Shown: positions 37,001 to 50,900, counted from the first letter of the stretch. The stretch: DNA of 64,000 nucleotides from Azolla caroliniana (GCA_043228905.1 JBHGNT010000015.1:18724001-18788000); one strand, 5' to 3'. Program-made: numbers and translations. The notes: generated from the sequence alone by a model not told the origin.

Positions 37001-37567
37001 TATCAATGCCTTCATAACTAAAGCTCACATTTATTGGTAGTTAAAAACATAAATTATAATGAAGCATATATAGACTTAAGGTTGTCATTGTGAAACTTTA
37101 TTAAGTTTAATCAATATAATTGAGATCTTGAATATCACTTCAACTAGTTATAGATGCATTATTCATCGAGTAACACTAAGCTTTTTGATAATGAGTCAAT
37201 TCATGATGAAATGTTTATCTTGCATGATGAACAAGCGACGTTGATATTTCTTGCAAACCTCCAAGGTTGGATTGAAAGCATCAAATGCTCTACAATTAGT
37301 CTCGTAGAAAAATGGATAGAAAGAGAATCAGCAATATTGTGTGTTTTGTTCATTGGTAAAAATCTTGAAAATTGATAGTCACCTATTTAACTTGATGCAA
37401 CTAGGATGTATGAAAATTGTGTCTCATGCAAACTCTCTAACAATTTGTATGCATTTATATGTGTAACTACGTGCGTGAGATTCTACGTTTGTGTATCTAT
37501 TGTGCAAATGGTTATCTTTTTATGTGTGCGTGCAAATCTACATATGAAGGTAAATAACGTAAGGTAG

Positions 37568-38345
37568 TTTTTTTTTTCCCAAAAAAACATCTACTTCCAT
37601 TAGTTAAGAATGTACAAAGGAATCATTTACAACTCATATCTTACAAGACATCTTGCATGTCAAAGGAAAACAATGTGTAGATGAAACAACATAAAAAACA
37701 ACTCCAAAACACCACATCATTCTATGTGTATAGCATTACTCGAACACATATTCTCCACGTGAGCCTCATACAAAACAGAATTCAGCATAGATGTCCTCCA
37801 TTTGCTCCTCATGGCAGCACCCATCTAGATGTTAGGAACACTTGGAGGGAACAACCACCGCGGTGGTTGATAATTCCACTTCACTTTACCATCCAATATC
37901 TGCAGCATCGGCGAACCGCTCCATTTTCGAAGGAATCGAGCTCTAGCTTCTTCACTTGCATCAGCTGGCCCTTGAAGACTTTCAAACTCACCTCGCAACG
38001 TAGAAATAAGATTAAACCAGATCATCATTAAATTCTCAGCCGGTGGGGTTCGTTTACCTGCGAGGGTCTCCTTGCACCGAGATACCCACACTTGCCAGAC
38101 CGTAAGGCCGACCACTAATACCCATATGTCCACGTAGCGTTCCTGTAAGAAGAATAAACCTCCTTGCGTTGCTGGTTGTACATATCCTTGCTTCACCATT
38201 AAAGAAGGATTGTTTCCATTCCACCCTTGAAACCATGAGGCCGATTCAGTGGCCAGCCAAGTGATTGTTGCGCTCGATACATGAACCTCAACCCCAAAAC
38301 GAGCCAAGATTCTTAAGCTCCTCAACCAGATTTCTTGCGCTCGTG
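37568..38345 (-). mobile_element. 5'-truncated L1 LINE with poly(A) and TSD
   Basis: T-run at 37568-37577; 19-bp TSD GGTAAATAA(C/T)GTAAGGTAG (37549-37567, 38346-38364); ORF2 end WQVWVSRC..WNYQPPRWLFPP. Confidence 0.88.
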
Positions 38346-38589
38346 GGTAAATAATGTAAGGTAGTTGTGTGCATATGCACTTTTGTATATATTGACATTG
38401 AAATATATACATGTGTATATGAATATGCATATTTGTATGTAAAATTGTTGTACAAGTAGATGCGTATTTGGGCTCTATATGTGTGTATATTTGTGAATAC
38501 TTACTTATAAGCATAGAACGTAATAAACGTGTTCGTGCAAGCATCCAAACGTTTGAAAAAGGAAAAATACGTGTTCCTTTTTTTATTTG

Positions 38590-38935
38590 AAAAGGGATAA
38601 GAAACACAGAGATTGAGACATTGGGGATTAGAAGAAACACAAAGATAGAGATGTAGAGGATGATAGAAAACACAGGGAGAAGGATGACAATGACAAAAAA
38701 CGCAGAGATAGGGACGTGGAAGATGATAAGAAGCGCAAAGATAGGGATGATGATTATAAGAAACACAAAGATAGAGATGTGGAGGATGAGAAGAAACCCA
38801 AAGAGAGGGATATTGAATATGATAAGAATCACATAGAAAGGGATGCTAAAGATGATAAGAAGCACAGAGAAAGGATGTTGATGAGAGGAGAGGAAACACA
38901 GAAAGGGATGTTGATGAGAGAAAACACACAAACTA
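38590..38935 (+). repeat. Degenerate ~33-bp purine-rich minisatellite
   Basis: GATAAGAAGCACAAAGATAGAGATGTGGAGGAT-like units; translates as DKKHKDRDVED repeats. Confidence 0.75.
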
Positions 38936-39949
38936 ATTAATATGAGGAAACCCTTAACTATACTCAATTGAAGGAATTAGACTTACCATGAAATTTTAAT
39001 TCACTAATTAATGTGTTAAAATTACAATAAGAAATCACCATGGTTCCATTGATAAATATCACGTCAAGTACCTGTCAAGCCCAAATACTTTAAGTTATTA
39101 AAGAAAACATATGTATTTAGGTGCTTGTTTCATTTAGGAGTGAGGAAGAGATTAAGAAAAAAAAATCATTAGCCTAGGTGTTCAAATGAAGCGCTACAAA
39201 AAGGCACAAAAAATGGCAAAACCTTATATTCTTAACATTTTGTCTCCTGCCATTTTTTATTACTGTTTACACTTGTATTGTTGGTACCAATGTCACTATA
39301 ATTGTTGTTAAAGAATGTGAAACACGAAGCTTATTACAAGTATTTCGCATTTCCCTTAATCGAATGTGTGCACGCTCTTGGGTGAGACGTTTCACATGCC
39401 TTTGGGTAATGTCTCATAAGGTGAGGGAGGTCGATGTCCATGGCTGAAGATGATGATTGTGATGATGATGTAAAGAATAACATGATAACTGTGAAAATGA
39501 CAGCTATGGTGAAAAAGAAGCCGATGATATGATAGTTGGTGGTTATAGTGTTTTGTGATGGTTGCAACAATGAATGTGGAGAAGATGACGAGAACAATAA
39601 AGAATAGGGGTTACGATAATGGTGATGGTGATGAGCAAAAAGATGACAATTATGTTGTTGGTTGTCTAGAATAGATTAGAGTCCACTTATTGGAATTGAG
39701 AGGACATGTGATTCCATCAAATTATATATAATATAGACCATAGTCATTTTTTTGAAATGCCACTCTTTATTTTTTTCCCAACGTATAAGTCCAATCCAAC
39801 ATTGAGATGGTTTACCATACACGTTTGATTGTATCATTCTCAAATGCGAATGCACATATAGTTCATTCTATGTTTATAAGTGTATTTATGTTTATACAAG
39901 TGGGTAGACTCTAGTATTACGGATATAAGGGTAGTTTAGCATATAGACT

Positions 39950-40467
39950 AGTTGCTGGAGTTAAAAGATATTTTGGAAACATAAAGTTATTGCGGGAAAA
40001 TGTGAGGGAAAAATGTGTTACGGTAGGAACTAGTGTGGAACCTAGCCTACATCGGGTGATTGGGTAAAGGCTTGGTGGCAAGAAAAGACAAAACAACCGT
40101 GTCTTGATTCCCTATGTTTGGTGTTCTCTCGTTGATCTTCTGCAATGCCTTGATTGTTGGGCTAAAAGTTGTATTCCTATCATTGTATGCCCTAAGTGTG
40201 AAACACTCCTTTGAGTTAGGTCTAAGTGAGTCCTATCATGTATAAATAGGAGGCCTTCCTCAATGTACAAGATAATGTCGATTAATGTAAGATCTTCTCT
40301 TTGACATGTTTCTATATCTTTGTGTAAATTTGAATATAACTTGTATCATAAGCAAAACAGAAGACCTCATGCTTACTCTATGCTTGCCCGCTCCACGCCA
40401 AGATTCATACACACTTTCGCACAACGGACTACATACAATAGTCGACTAGGCACCACCAATGACAACA
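39950..40467 (+). mobile_element. Possible decayed LTR
   Basis: TATAAATAGG at ~40241, T-rich downstream tract, ends CAACA; no clear TSD or 5' end. Confidence 0.35.
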
Positions 40468-41169
40468 TTGATTGGCCTTTGGTAGAGCCGATTTAGGAAT
40501 GGCTCTATGCTCAATATAGGAAGGGCCTTACGGCCGATTTAATTGATTTGACCCAAGGTCAAACTTAAATTCTAGCTATGGGTTGATTCTTAGATTCCAC
40601 ATTGAGCAGACTCTAGTATATCATGAAATCTCAATAATTTATCTACAACGGTTACACAAACAGGGATACAAAGAGTAAATTTTCTTATTTGCAGTAGTAA
40701 CAAGCCCATTGTGTGGTCCACAAAGGTTAAATACCTTGCCTCAAACCAAGTATCAAGAATTCAAATGTGTATTTGGTAGGAAAATGCTAATACATGCTCA
40801 TAATGTTTACTTGATGAATGCACTATCCATCTTCAACTAGGAAAGAGATCCAACAATGTCATGTTGTGGGGGGATCAAAGCTAGAAAATGGCAATATTGT
40901 CTCGTTCTATATAGTAGGGAAGGTTTTGGAAGAAATATGAGATAAATAATAAAATGACATGGATCAAATGGTAAAAGCTCAAAATTGGGATGAATAAATT
41001 AATGGTTTGAATCTTATTATAGGCAATAAAATGAAGAATATTTTTTTCCCAAAAATTAGAAATTAAATGAGGGTTAGACACAAGTAAACCACATTTTAGG
41101 AAAAGAGAGGATGAAGAGAAAAACTCCCAACTTTGTATGTAAGAGCATCTTTTACATTCTTATTGTGAG

Positions 41170-41452
41170 TAGGAGTCATCAATGGCTCAACTCAAGCCTA
41201 AATTGAGTCATTAAACCGTTTATAAACGGTTAAGTGGTTTGGTCAATGATTGAGCCCCTTAACTAGTTTGAGCTCGGTTTGGCAAGACTCAAGCCAAATT
41301 GAATAGTTTAGAACCAAATTGGGTAAGGCTTAAACGATTTAGGAATCGGTTAGGTTCAATTTTGAAAACTCTCAAACCGGTTAAGACTTAACCCATTTGG
41401 TTTGAACAAGGCCAAATTAGTTAAGCCAAAACCAAACCCTTGCTTATTCCTA
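41170..41452. mobile_element. hAT-type MITE
   Basis: TAGGA..TCCTA ends; AACCG/GCTC-rich interior; 8-bp TSD ATTGTGAG/ATTGTGAC. Confidence 0.7.
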
Positions 41453-42059
41453 ATTGTGACAGTGTTTTTTTTATTCTTCTTCCTTTTATAAGGGAGCTTT
41501 TGTTTTCCCTTGCTATTTATACGGAGGAAACAATTTTCCCTTGGTTTATCTTGATGTAGGGTGCTTTTTTCTTCCTCTCTCTTTTTCTAGCTTTTGGAAT
41601 GGGGGAGGAATGATACGTATATGTACAAGGATAGCAAGAGAGTTTTTGGGGGGTTTAAGGGGTGTTGTTGAGTTTCAGTGCTCATAATTATTCTCTTTTG
41701 TGGTCGAGTTTTTCTTCGACTTGGAAATTTTAGGGTTTTATCTCCTCTTTGGATTGTATGGTGTGTGAAAAGGAGTTTCATGGTTTCTTATTCTTCCAAA
41801 TATATGGTAGGGTTTTCAGGGTTTCATTTGTTAAAAGGATTAGGGTTCTATACTCTCTCTTTCTAAGTGGGATTCAAGGTTTCCCTATATTATATATATT
41901 TCAAACGAGGTGTGGATTTGTGAGAAGTAGTTTTGGGGAGATTTGTGGTGGGATTTATTCTCGAGGGTTGTTGGTGGAGGGAATTTTAGGAAGAGACTAA
42001 AATCAATATGCGTGGAATGTACGACGACAAAAAGGTGACGTAATCGTTGATTGTGGACA

Positions 42060-42314
42060 TGTCACATTGAAACTCAAGGATATTATTCCCTTTCTTTAAG
42101 CTTGACATGACATCCCGGTAAATGGGTGTCCAGAGGACATGAAGGACAAGACGGTCGAGGAGGACGGGTGTCGGCAGTTCGTGGAGGACCACATTGCCAA
42201 TTGTGAGAAGATATTGTAGAGACTCGAAAGTGCACGACTTACCTTCTCGGGAGATAAGTCGGCGTTCGGGCAACTGGAGATTCTGGTGGTCGGACACCTA
42301 TGCGGGTCATAAGG
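42060..42314 (+). mobile_element. Gypsy RT fragment
   Basis: DIPVNGC..GCRQFVEDHIANCEKIL*RLESARLTFSGDKSAFGQLEILVVGHLC. Confidence 0.7.
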
Positions 42315-42473
42315 TGTCGCGGTAATCCACAAGTACGTGTCGGATTCGAGGTGGGACCACTAGGGTCTTGGACCAGAGAGAGACGGAGGAGGAAAGACCA
42401 AGCTTCACTGGTACCATTTACGCCGGTTGAGACACTGACTGGAACGCTTCCAAATACACATTGGAGGCAACCA

Positions 42474-42520
<47 letters not shown>

Positions 42521-43895
42521 ATGTGGTCATGGGTTCAACCCCTACATTCCATAGTGGCATCTAGTGAATTAAGAGATATATAAGAAGTATATAATAGAGA
42601 GTTGAGGAAGTTGGGTTTCGAACCCACAACACATTGCTTGTAGTGCAAACAACTTACCACTAGGGTAAGGTAATTACGATAAAGAGATAAAGAGAGAGAG
42701 AGAGCATGTGTGTCACGCTCTTACTCGACACACGCTCCTTGTATACAGAAAACCGGAAAAGAAAAAAACACAACCGTCACTGATAGAGACACAAGAGACA
42801 CAGTTACGCAAAACCTTATATATATATATATATATATATGTACAGGGGCAGAATACATCTCCAGCTTCGAGCCGGAGAGCATATCAGATTAAAATGACCT
42901 TTTGCCGGCAAGTCTCTAGTCGGGGAGCTCTCGGGCTCGCCACACCGAATGGAGTCCTTGTGCAAAAGATAGAATAGAAAATCAAAATCCTTAGAGCATA
43001 TGAGCTCAAGCAAGACTAACCCAATACACAAAAACGGAACCCCAACCCCTAATAGACAAACGAGGAACAAACAAAACTCGGTAACAAACTTATAATGGGG
43101 AACCCTTAAAGAAGAGCCCCTCACCCCTTTTTATAGTCCGAGGAGGGAGGGGTTCTTCAATGTATCTATTGAGCCATAAGATTGGAGATGTCCAACAAAT
43201 ACTTAACACCCCTCCATGTACAAACACGAACTCTTATGCATCCTTATCACACCCCCATAATGTAACCTATTGAAACAATCATGTTCTATCTTTTGTTAGT
43301 ATTCATCTTGGATATGAAAGAGAGAACCAAGGGAGATAATGAAGTGTTTCCTTTAGGCATTTATACTTATCAAGTAGTCATCAAGCTTCTGCAAGAAAGA
43401 CAACACTCGTTACCTCTAGGTTCTCAAGAAAACCATTTCTTTGTTTGCTCATGCGAGAGTCAATGGAAGCTTAGTCGTCACCGCCACCAAAACTACTGCC
43501 CCTCCTCGTAGCCTTGTTAAAGTGTTATGGCTTCAGTTAGAGCTTGTCGTAGCTCTTCTCGGAGGGGATTTGGCAAGAGTAGGCAACACAATGCCAAGTG
43601 TGGTTAGTGTTTGATAGTTTCCCCTTGAGAGCTCGTTCCTCTGACGCTTCAGTGTCCTACCTACACCACAATGAGGGGATGCCACATGAGTAGGCACATG
43701 ATTTGGATACATATGGCTCACGTGTATGCATGCACACACGAACACACAAGACGCAAGGTAAGACATGAGGCATGGACGCAACCACAAGGTGCGGAGCAGA
43801 CATAACGAATCTCGGGACATTTGGACACGCTCCGCCCACATATCGAGAGTGTGCTGATCACACACAAACATACATATATTTGAGAGCGTGTGACA
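42315..43895 (-). mobile_element. LTR-like sequence related to the Gypsy B LTR, containing a tRNA-like cassette
   Basis: Begins TGTCGCG; shares GGGTCTTGGAC and CCTTTTATAG..GGAGGGAGGG blocks with 7573-7906; right end uncertain, may be nested LTRs. Confidence 0.55.
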
Positions 43896-44755
43896 ATCAA
43901 AATAAGTAAGTAAGTAAGTATGTATTGTATATATGTATGCATTTCCTTTCATAGTACGTAATATACTCGAATGCATTGGCAAACATTCTGTTCATACGAA
44001 TTCAAACGAATGCGAATGCTATTAAAACATTCTTGTGTTTTTTTTTACCCTTTTTACCTTAACTTTCTTACCTTTAAATTCTTTCTGGACAACCCGCAAT
44101 AATAAGGTCTTTGATCAAAACCAACTGCATGAAGTTAACTTTTTTAAGAAATCCCTTAGGCAAAATCTCTATTTGATTGTCTGCAACTTAGAGACATCAC
44201 ATTCCGAATTTACAACCTTTACTTTGAGTGCTTTTAAGCTCTTTAGTGTCTAATCGACACTTCTATATTTTTCTTTATTCTTTGTGGGTTTTCACCTCAT
44301 TTTGAGGTTTCCCACTAGTAATAAAGGTGTTACTTAAAAAAAAACCTTAAAAGTAAATAAATCTTATAATAAAATAATAGATACAATTTTATACAAAAAG
44401 AATGGTATTTACCACACTTCGAGGGTGTTTACCATACTCGAATGATGTAAACATTCGCGAATGCGAATGCATCATCATACTATGTTTTCCTTTCATGAGT
44501 AGCGAGTGTGTGGGAAAAAGAAGCACACGCACAAACCAAAGACTTCATTCATGTTTCTCTTTTCTCTTCTTTTCTCTTCTCTGAGAGAGGGAGAGGGAGA
44601 GAGGCCGACAGACTGTGCGTGCGGGGTGTCGATCCATTCCCATTCGCGCAGAGCTATCGATCCATCGATCCATCGATCCATCGATCTTTCTTCTTCTTCT
44701 TCTTCTTCTGCGGCTTCTTCTGCTGAAGTCTTTCTCCCTCTGCAGAGAAGAAGAG

Positions 44756-44923
44756 ATGTGGATGTTCTATGCGATCGGTTTGCCTCTGACCCTCGCGATG
44801 GTGACATCCACCCTCAGGTATTTCTCTGGACCTGACGTCTCTCCATACGTTCTCTCTGCAGTCGGTTATACGTGGTTTTGCTCCGTCTCCATCATCGTTC
44901 TCGTTCCTGCAGACATCTGGACG
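44756..44923 (+). CDS. LMBRD2: LMBRD2-like exon 1
   Basis: MWMFYAIGLPLTL..VPADIWT|gtac. Confidence 0.92.
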
Positions 44924-47900
44924 GTACTTCCATTGCTCCCCTCCCCCATATCTAAAAACTGTCTTCCTCTTCCCTTTCATTTCTTTCGCCAATTGTTAAT
45001 TAAATAATTGCAAAAGAAATGAAGTTATTCTTTAAATTATACTTCTGTTTGAAGTTTTAATGTGTTGAATTTCTCTCTCTCTCTCTCTCTCTCATTTAAT
45101 ATTGCAGATTTTGTTAATCTAATTTATTTATTTCTCAGAAGTTTTTCGTGCTATCTGATATCAAACCTTAAAGGTCTTGTTTCGGATTCATTTTTTCTGT
45201 CTGGAAAAATGATATTTTTACTGGTGTTACACTAATTAGTGTTTACAGATCTAATCTGCATAGTTTTAATTTGTAAGAAAATAATAATTTTATTGCTCTA
45301 TTATGTTGATCATTTAATTTTTTTATTGAATGAAGTTTCTTTTCTATTGACATTTAGACTCTTTCAAATGGTAGCAATTCTGGCATTGCCTTATTGTGGA
45401 GTTGGTCTTATTGGAGCACTTTCTTACTCACCTGGTATGCAGATTTCTTGGACATAGGCCTTTCTCCTTTTTCGTTTATCAATGAGCTCTTGAAAAAGCA
45501 GTAGAATAATATTTAATTATAATGCAGATAAAGCGAAAATCATGAGAAAATTCTCTAAATTGATGTCAGTTTAATAATAGGAAACTACTTTTGTCTTGAC
45601 GAGTATGTGGTTTGCTTTGACGTACAATGTAGAGTCGTTTGGTACTTTAGGTAGCATCAAAACTTCATGTGATAGTGCTTCATTATAGAATGGAATGCTT
45701 AGGTCCAATGAAAATCATGAGAAAATATGACAAAAATGTAGGAATTTAATAATAGGAAAGTATTCGCACATGGTGCATACTTCAGTGTAAGGCTACTAGT
45801 ACCTTAATAGTTCTTCAAAGAGTAATAGCTAGTACCTGTTATCGCGAAGATTCGCGTGTGCGTGTGCTACTCGAGCGGGACCTCCGGGGTCTTGGACCGG
45901 GGAGGACGTTCACCAAGTTATCGAGAAACAATGTTACCCTTGAGAAGATTAAAAGATTGATGATTATAAGAAGAACAATAAGAAATATAATTATAAGAAG
46001 AATTTTATATTGATGATGATGGTGATGGTGATATCACATATTGAGCCCCCCCTTACACAAGCCCTAGTAGGGTTTTTATAAGTCTCTCTATGCACAAAAC
46101 CATGGGCTTGGAGCCATGGTTTTTGTGCACTCGGTTTTGCTTGTGACATGCACAAAACCATGGGCTTACAACCATGGTTTTATACAGTTGTTTCCTATGG
46201 AATTCTGAATATGAAGAGAAAATATACAAAAATCTAAAGCACTCAATAGTAGCTCTAGTGGTAAGTTAATTGTCTCCTATCTTGGAGGTGCAAGGGTCAA
46301 ATCTTGCTTGTACCACTCTATATGTACTCAATGCCACTACCGTAGGCTTATTTATTTATTTATTTTCATATTTGCAAGTGTTTGTGTAATGTGCATGGAA
46401 CCACACTTTTTCACTTTTTCTCCCACTAGACACGCCACATTACGAGACTGTTTTTTAGTGTGTAATGAGGCTTTAGTAGATTAGGTGGAAGTCCTAATGT
46501 TCTGGGAAAATGCTTTGCTTCTCGATCAAGTTTCCTTTTCTTCTATGAGCTAATAGGGAGTCATGGGAATGTTCGTGATTTTATAGAGTTTTGTTGAATA
46601 TTTCTATGTTTCTATCAAATTGTTTTCGTCATAGATATTTCCAACTGAAATTTTAACCACAGTTTACATGACTGAATTCACCCTTTTGTGAACATTGGGT
46701 GAAATAGGTAGATGCACAAACTTAAGATTAAACATAAAAATTGACCTCTGTATAAGAACAAATCCAAAAGAGAACTATGTCAGTACTAAAGGAAAAGAAG
46801 ATATAAGTCACTGTCCTAATGATAGTCTAGATCCGACCATAGTATCTATGGTGGATGCCAAATTCTACAGAGCTCTCTTGTGTCATCCCTTTGGGGTAGG
46901 AAACGTCTGTTGGTTTGTTAGATTAGTCACCCATCTATCAGGAAATTAATGCAGTTTGATATCTATAGTCTAATGCGAGCACAGGGAAAACAAAATTTTA
47001 AGGTCCTGTAATAAGTGCTGTGATTCCTCTTAACCATGAAATCTTTTTATTAGCACATCTTCTAATCAGTAAGGATTTTGGAAAGTGTTGTGTTTTATCT
47101 CTTGTGCTCTAGGTAAAGGGAGTTGATCTCATACGAATGATCTGTGCTATGTCATCATTAGATTGTCATTGAAACCTGGGCCATGATTTCACAATTGTAA
47201 TTGGAATGCTGAATCAGCAACATATCACTTCAAAAGCACAAATATTTCTAGCTCTACAAAAGTATCTACTATTTCGCTTTGGCGTTAGACCACTTGACCT
47301 TTTAACCCAATATGGAGATGAGAAATTTTACCAGACCTTGCATTCCACTTGGCCAAAGGATCTTTCTTGTGTACCTGAACGGAATTTTCCTAAATTCAGC
47401 CTTTTGTGTCCTACTTGCTACCACCTTTGACAAGATGTACACAAATAATGGAAATCAAACATAGACTTCGTCAAAGCACTGACCTAGCACCCCAAGAAGA
47501 GGCACCACTGGTAACTCTCCTCCATGAGTTCAAAGCTGTGTTCCCATGGAGCTATGCCAAAGGTGTGCTGCCAGAAGTAGTGATGCATACCATCCCTATG
47601 CAAGATTGAGGGAGACATGTTAGACAATGCCCAAGGCTGATGCACCTACAATATGCTCAGCAAGTGAAAGATGATTTAGATAAAATTCTTAATACAGGCA
47701 TAGTCTACTCAATAGAGCTCACCACTTGATAGTCCCAAGAAGGAATGCAAAGATCTGCATATTTTTGGATCTCGGGATTGTAAACAGAGCCGCGATCCAT
47801 GATAATTATCCAGTCCATATTTTGAGCACCTCTTAGGGAGGATTGCCAGCAAAGAAGCATTCAGTGGTTCTCTGGTCATAACCAACCAGATCATGGTGGC

Positions 47901-50900
47901 ACCTGAGGACCAACATAAGGCAACATTCACCACTGAGTTTGGCACGTATGCATATAAACAAATGTACTTTGGTTTGACAAGAACCCTTCAATCTTGGTGA
48001 TTGCCCGCATGATAATGAGCAAAGAATCAGTGCATCACGATATATCCCCAATAGCTTGGATAAATGTGAGGATGATTCTGTCGCGTGATATAAATACAAA
48101 TAATGCAAAACCTCCATTCCAATATAGCTTGGATAAACATGAACAAAGTGAAAAAAATAGAGTGATCTAAGCTAATATCATTGAATTTGATAATAAAAGA
48201 ACATGGGTTGGTTCCACTCTTTTGGCAAGAAGGTGGTTTATTATTAGGCACTCCTTTTACACGTCATAGGAAGGATTGATCATTAGTTCTTATATGGATG
48301 ACATCTATCTTATGGGATCTCTATTGTGATTGGGTAAGTGAGGACCTCTTTACATTATTTAGAGATTGAGCTAGACAAATATACATACAGATCCATTAAG
48401 AACCGCTCTGCCAATTGTGCCATTGGTGGGTGCGATCGAAGGAGCACCATGTTTACCATTGTGCCATTTTTGGTGGAATAAGGGGAAGATACTTCTTCCT
48501 CTTCAAACAACCTTTGGCCCATTTGCAAGATAAATGATGCTTGGAGCTGTTCTAGCTACTAGTACTCAAAATGGTTTACAAAGGATCAAATAATAGCAAT
48601 TTGTTGTGCATGTAGGCCTTGACCATCTGGTCCATGGCCTTGCCACCCTTGTCATTGATATATAAAGGCCATCATGACTAGCACTGAAGGTGTTTCCCTC
48701 ACCTTAGGAACCTCTCCATCTAGGATAGGGACATGTTTGAGATCTTTTGAGGCAGAAACTTCAAATATCAAAGTTCAGAATCTTAAGTGCTTAGTGAATG
48801 AGACCTCTTTGGTAACTTAGATGTTGACATATTTCGGTAGTGATGTGTGTGAACACACTTAGGACAGTGATGTGTGAACACACTTAGGACAATGATGTGT
48901 GTGAACACACTTAGGACAACAGGGGCATTTTTTCCCTCTTTAGGAGGTTTTTTCCCCCTGTGTATATATACTCTCATAACCCTAAAGTGGGTAAGCTTTT
49001 TGGGATTCAAAGCAAGAACCCAACAGTGGTATTAGAGCCAAAAAAGCGACATTTGAGCAGCAAAGCAACGGCTCTCATACGTAGTCCGTCTGTGCCATAT
49101 GTGGTGGCATTTTTCTGCTGTTGAAAAAACCAATTTCTGCGTGTTTTCTTCCTCTGCGCAATTTCAGTTGTGTTTTTTTTTGCTTCCAAGTCAATTCAAT
49201 CCTAGAAAAAGCTTCGTTGATTCTTCCAAGACATTCCTATAACCCTCAGAAATCAGATTTGCTTCCCTTTTCTCTTCACTTGTTCATCTTTCAAGTCAAA
49301 GAGGTACGTTATTCCCTTTTATTCATTCAACAATCCATTTTTTACATCAAAACGTGTTCAGTCCACGGTCGTGGTTGAGAGCAATGATGTATTTCGGATG
49401 CTTGTTGTTGAGGATAAACTGGATGGAACAAATTACCCTCTCTGGGCTTATATGATGCGCCATGTATTAGTAGCAAAGGGGTTGTGGAACGTGGTTCAAG
49501 GGGCTGAAAAAGTCATGTTGTTGAGAACACAAATGTTGATGGTACTGATTCTGTCGAGGATGTTGATCATCATGCTCATGCCCATGCTACAGTTTTTGTT
49601 GTACCAATTGCAGAGCAACTTCGTTGGGATGGTAGAGATGCTCAGGCACATGCTTTGATAGCTTTGTCTGTGAAACGTGCCATTATTCCCCATATTTGCT
49701 CTTGCAAGACAACAAAGGATGCTTAGGATACTCTTACCACTTTGTACCAAGCAAGAAATGAGGCTTGTGTTGCTTATCTCCGAAAACAATTGGAGAGCGA
49801 GCACATGAATGAAGGTGATTCTATGGACAGTTTTCTTACAAAAATCAAAGATTTAAAGGAACAATTAATTTCTGTTGATGAAATGATACCAGATAGTTCA
49901 CTTGTGCATACTGTTCTAAATGGTCTTCCTGATTCATATTAGAGTTTTGCTTTTACTCTGCGTTTAATGATGAAAGGTAATCCCAATGCCTTATCATTCG
50001 AGGAGCTAGTCTCTGTTTTGTTATAGGAAGATCAGTCTAGGCAAAACAGGTCTATTATGCGTGTTGCAGATCAAGCTTTCCTAGCTAGTCAGAAGGGCAA
50101 AGGTAAATGGAACTCTTCTACTAGCAAGCAGAGATTTGCTAATAATTCACAAGTGAATGAAAAAAACAAGAGCAAAAACAAAAGCTTTTTTGCAAATATT
50201 GTATAGGAATTGATCATATTATGAAGAACTGTCCAAAATTGGCTGCAAAAGAGGCAAAGAAAAAGGAGGCAAGACTCGTTGTAGAAGTCTTTGCACCAAA
50301 AACAGAGTCTGCAAATCTTGTGCAGAATGAAGAATGGGCATTTACTACTGTTTGTAGTTTTGACCCATGTTCATTTGAACAATGTATGTTTGTTGTACAA
50401 TCAAATGTTTGGTACTTCGATAGTGGGGCAACCAAACATATTACCTCGCAACGCAATTTCTTCACTTCATTGGAGCCTGCCCCTACAAGGAATACTATCA
50501 CATGCGCCAATAACTCATCTTATCCAACTATGGGTGTTGGTAAGATCATTTTGACTTTTGCTGATGGTAGTCCTTTCATCTTGTCAGATGCTTTGTTTGT
50601 GCCAGGGATCAAGAAAAATCTATTGTCAGTTTCCGCATTAGCCAAGGTTGGCTTGGTTGTTAAATTTGTTGGTGACAGGTGTATGGTTCATGATCTATCC
50701 AATGGGGATGTTATTATTGCTTCTGGCATTTTATGTCGTGGGTTGTATAAGCTCGTAGATTATGAATGATCTATAAATGATTCAGCCTGTGCAATACAAG
50801 ATTCTCAGGCTATTTCAGATGCAAAGATTTGGCATGCACGCTTTGGTCATCTGAATTTTGCAAGTTTGCTTCACTTGCAGAAATTTGAAATGGTGTCCTC

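Noticed and set aside
37825-38967. 380-aa membrane protein gene
   Set aside because: Composite of minisatellite antisense and L1 3' end spanning a TSD; non-ATG start
44655-44690. ATCGATCC x3 in the 5' UTR as a regulatory RNA
   Set aside because: Simple short tandem repeat, common in plant UTRs; no further support
48838-48920. CRISPR-like short palindromic repeats
   Set aside because: Head-to-tail repeats without spacers, inside a Copia LTR
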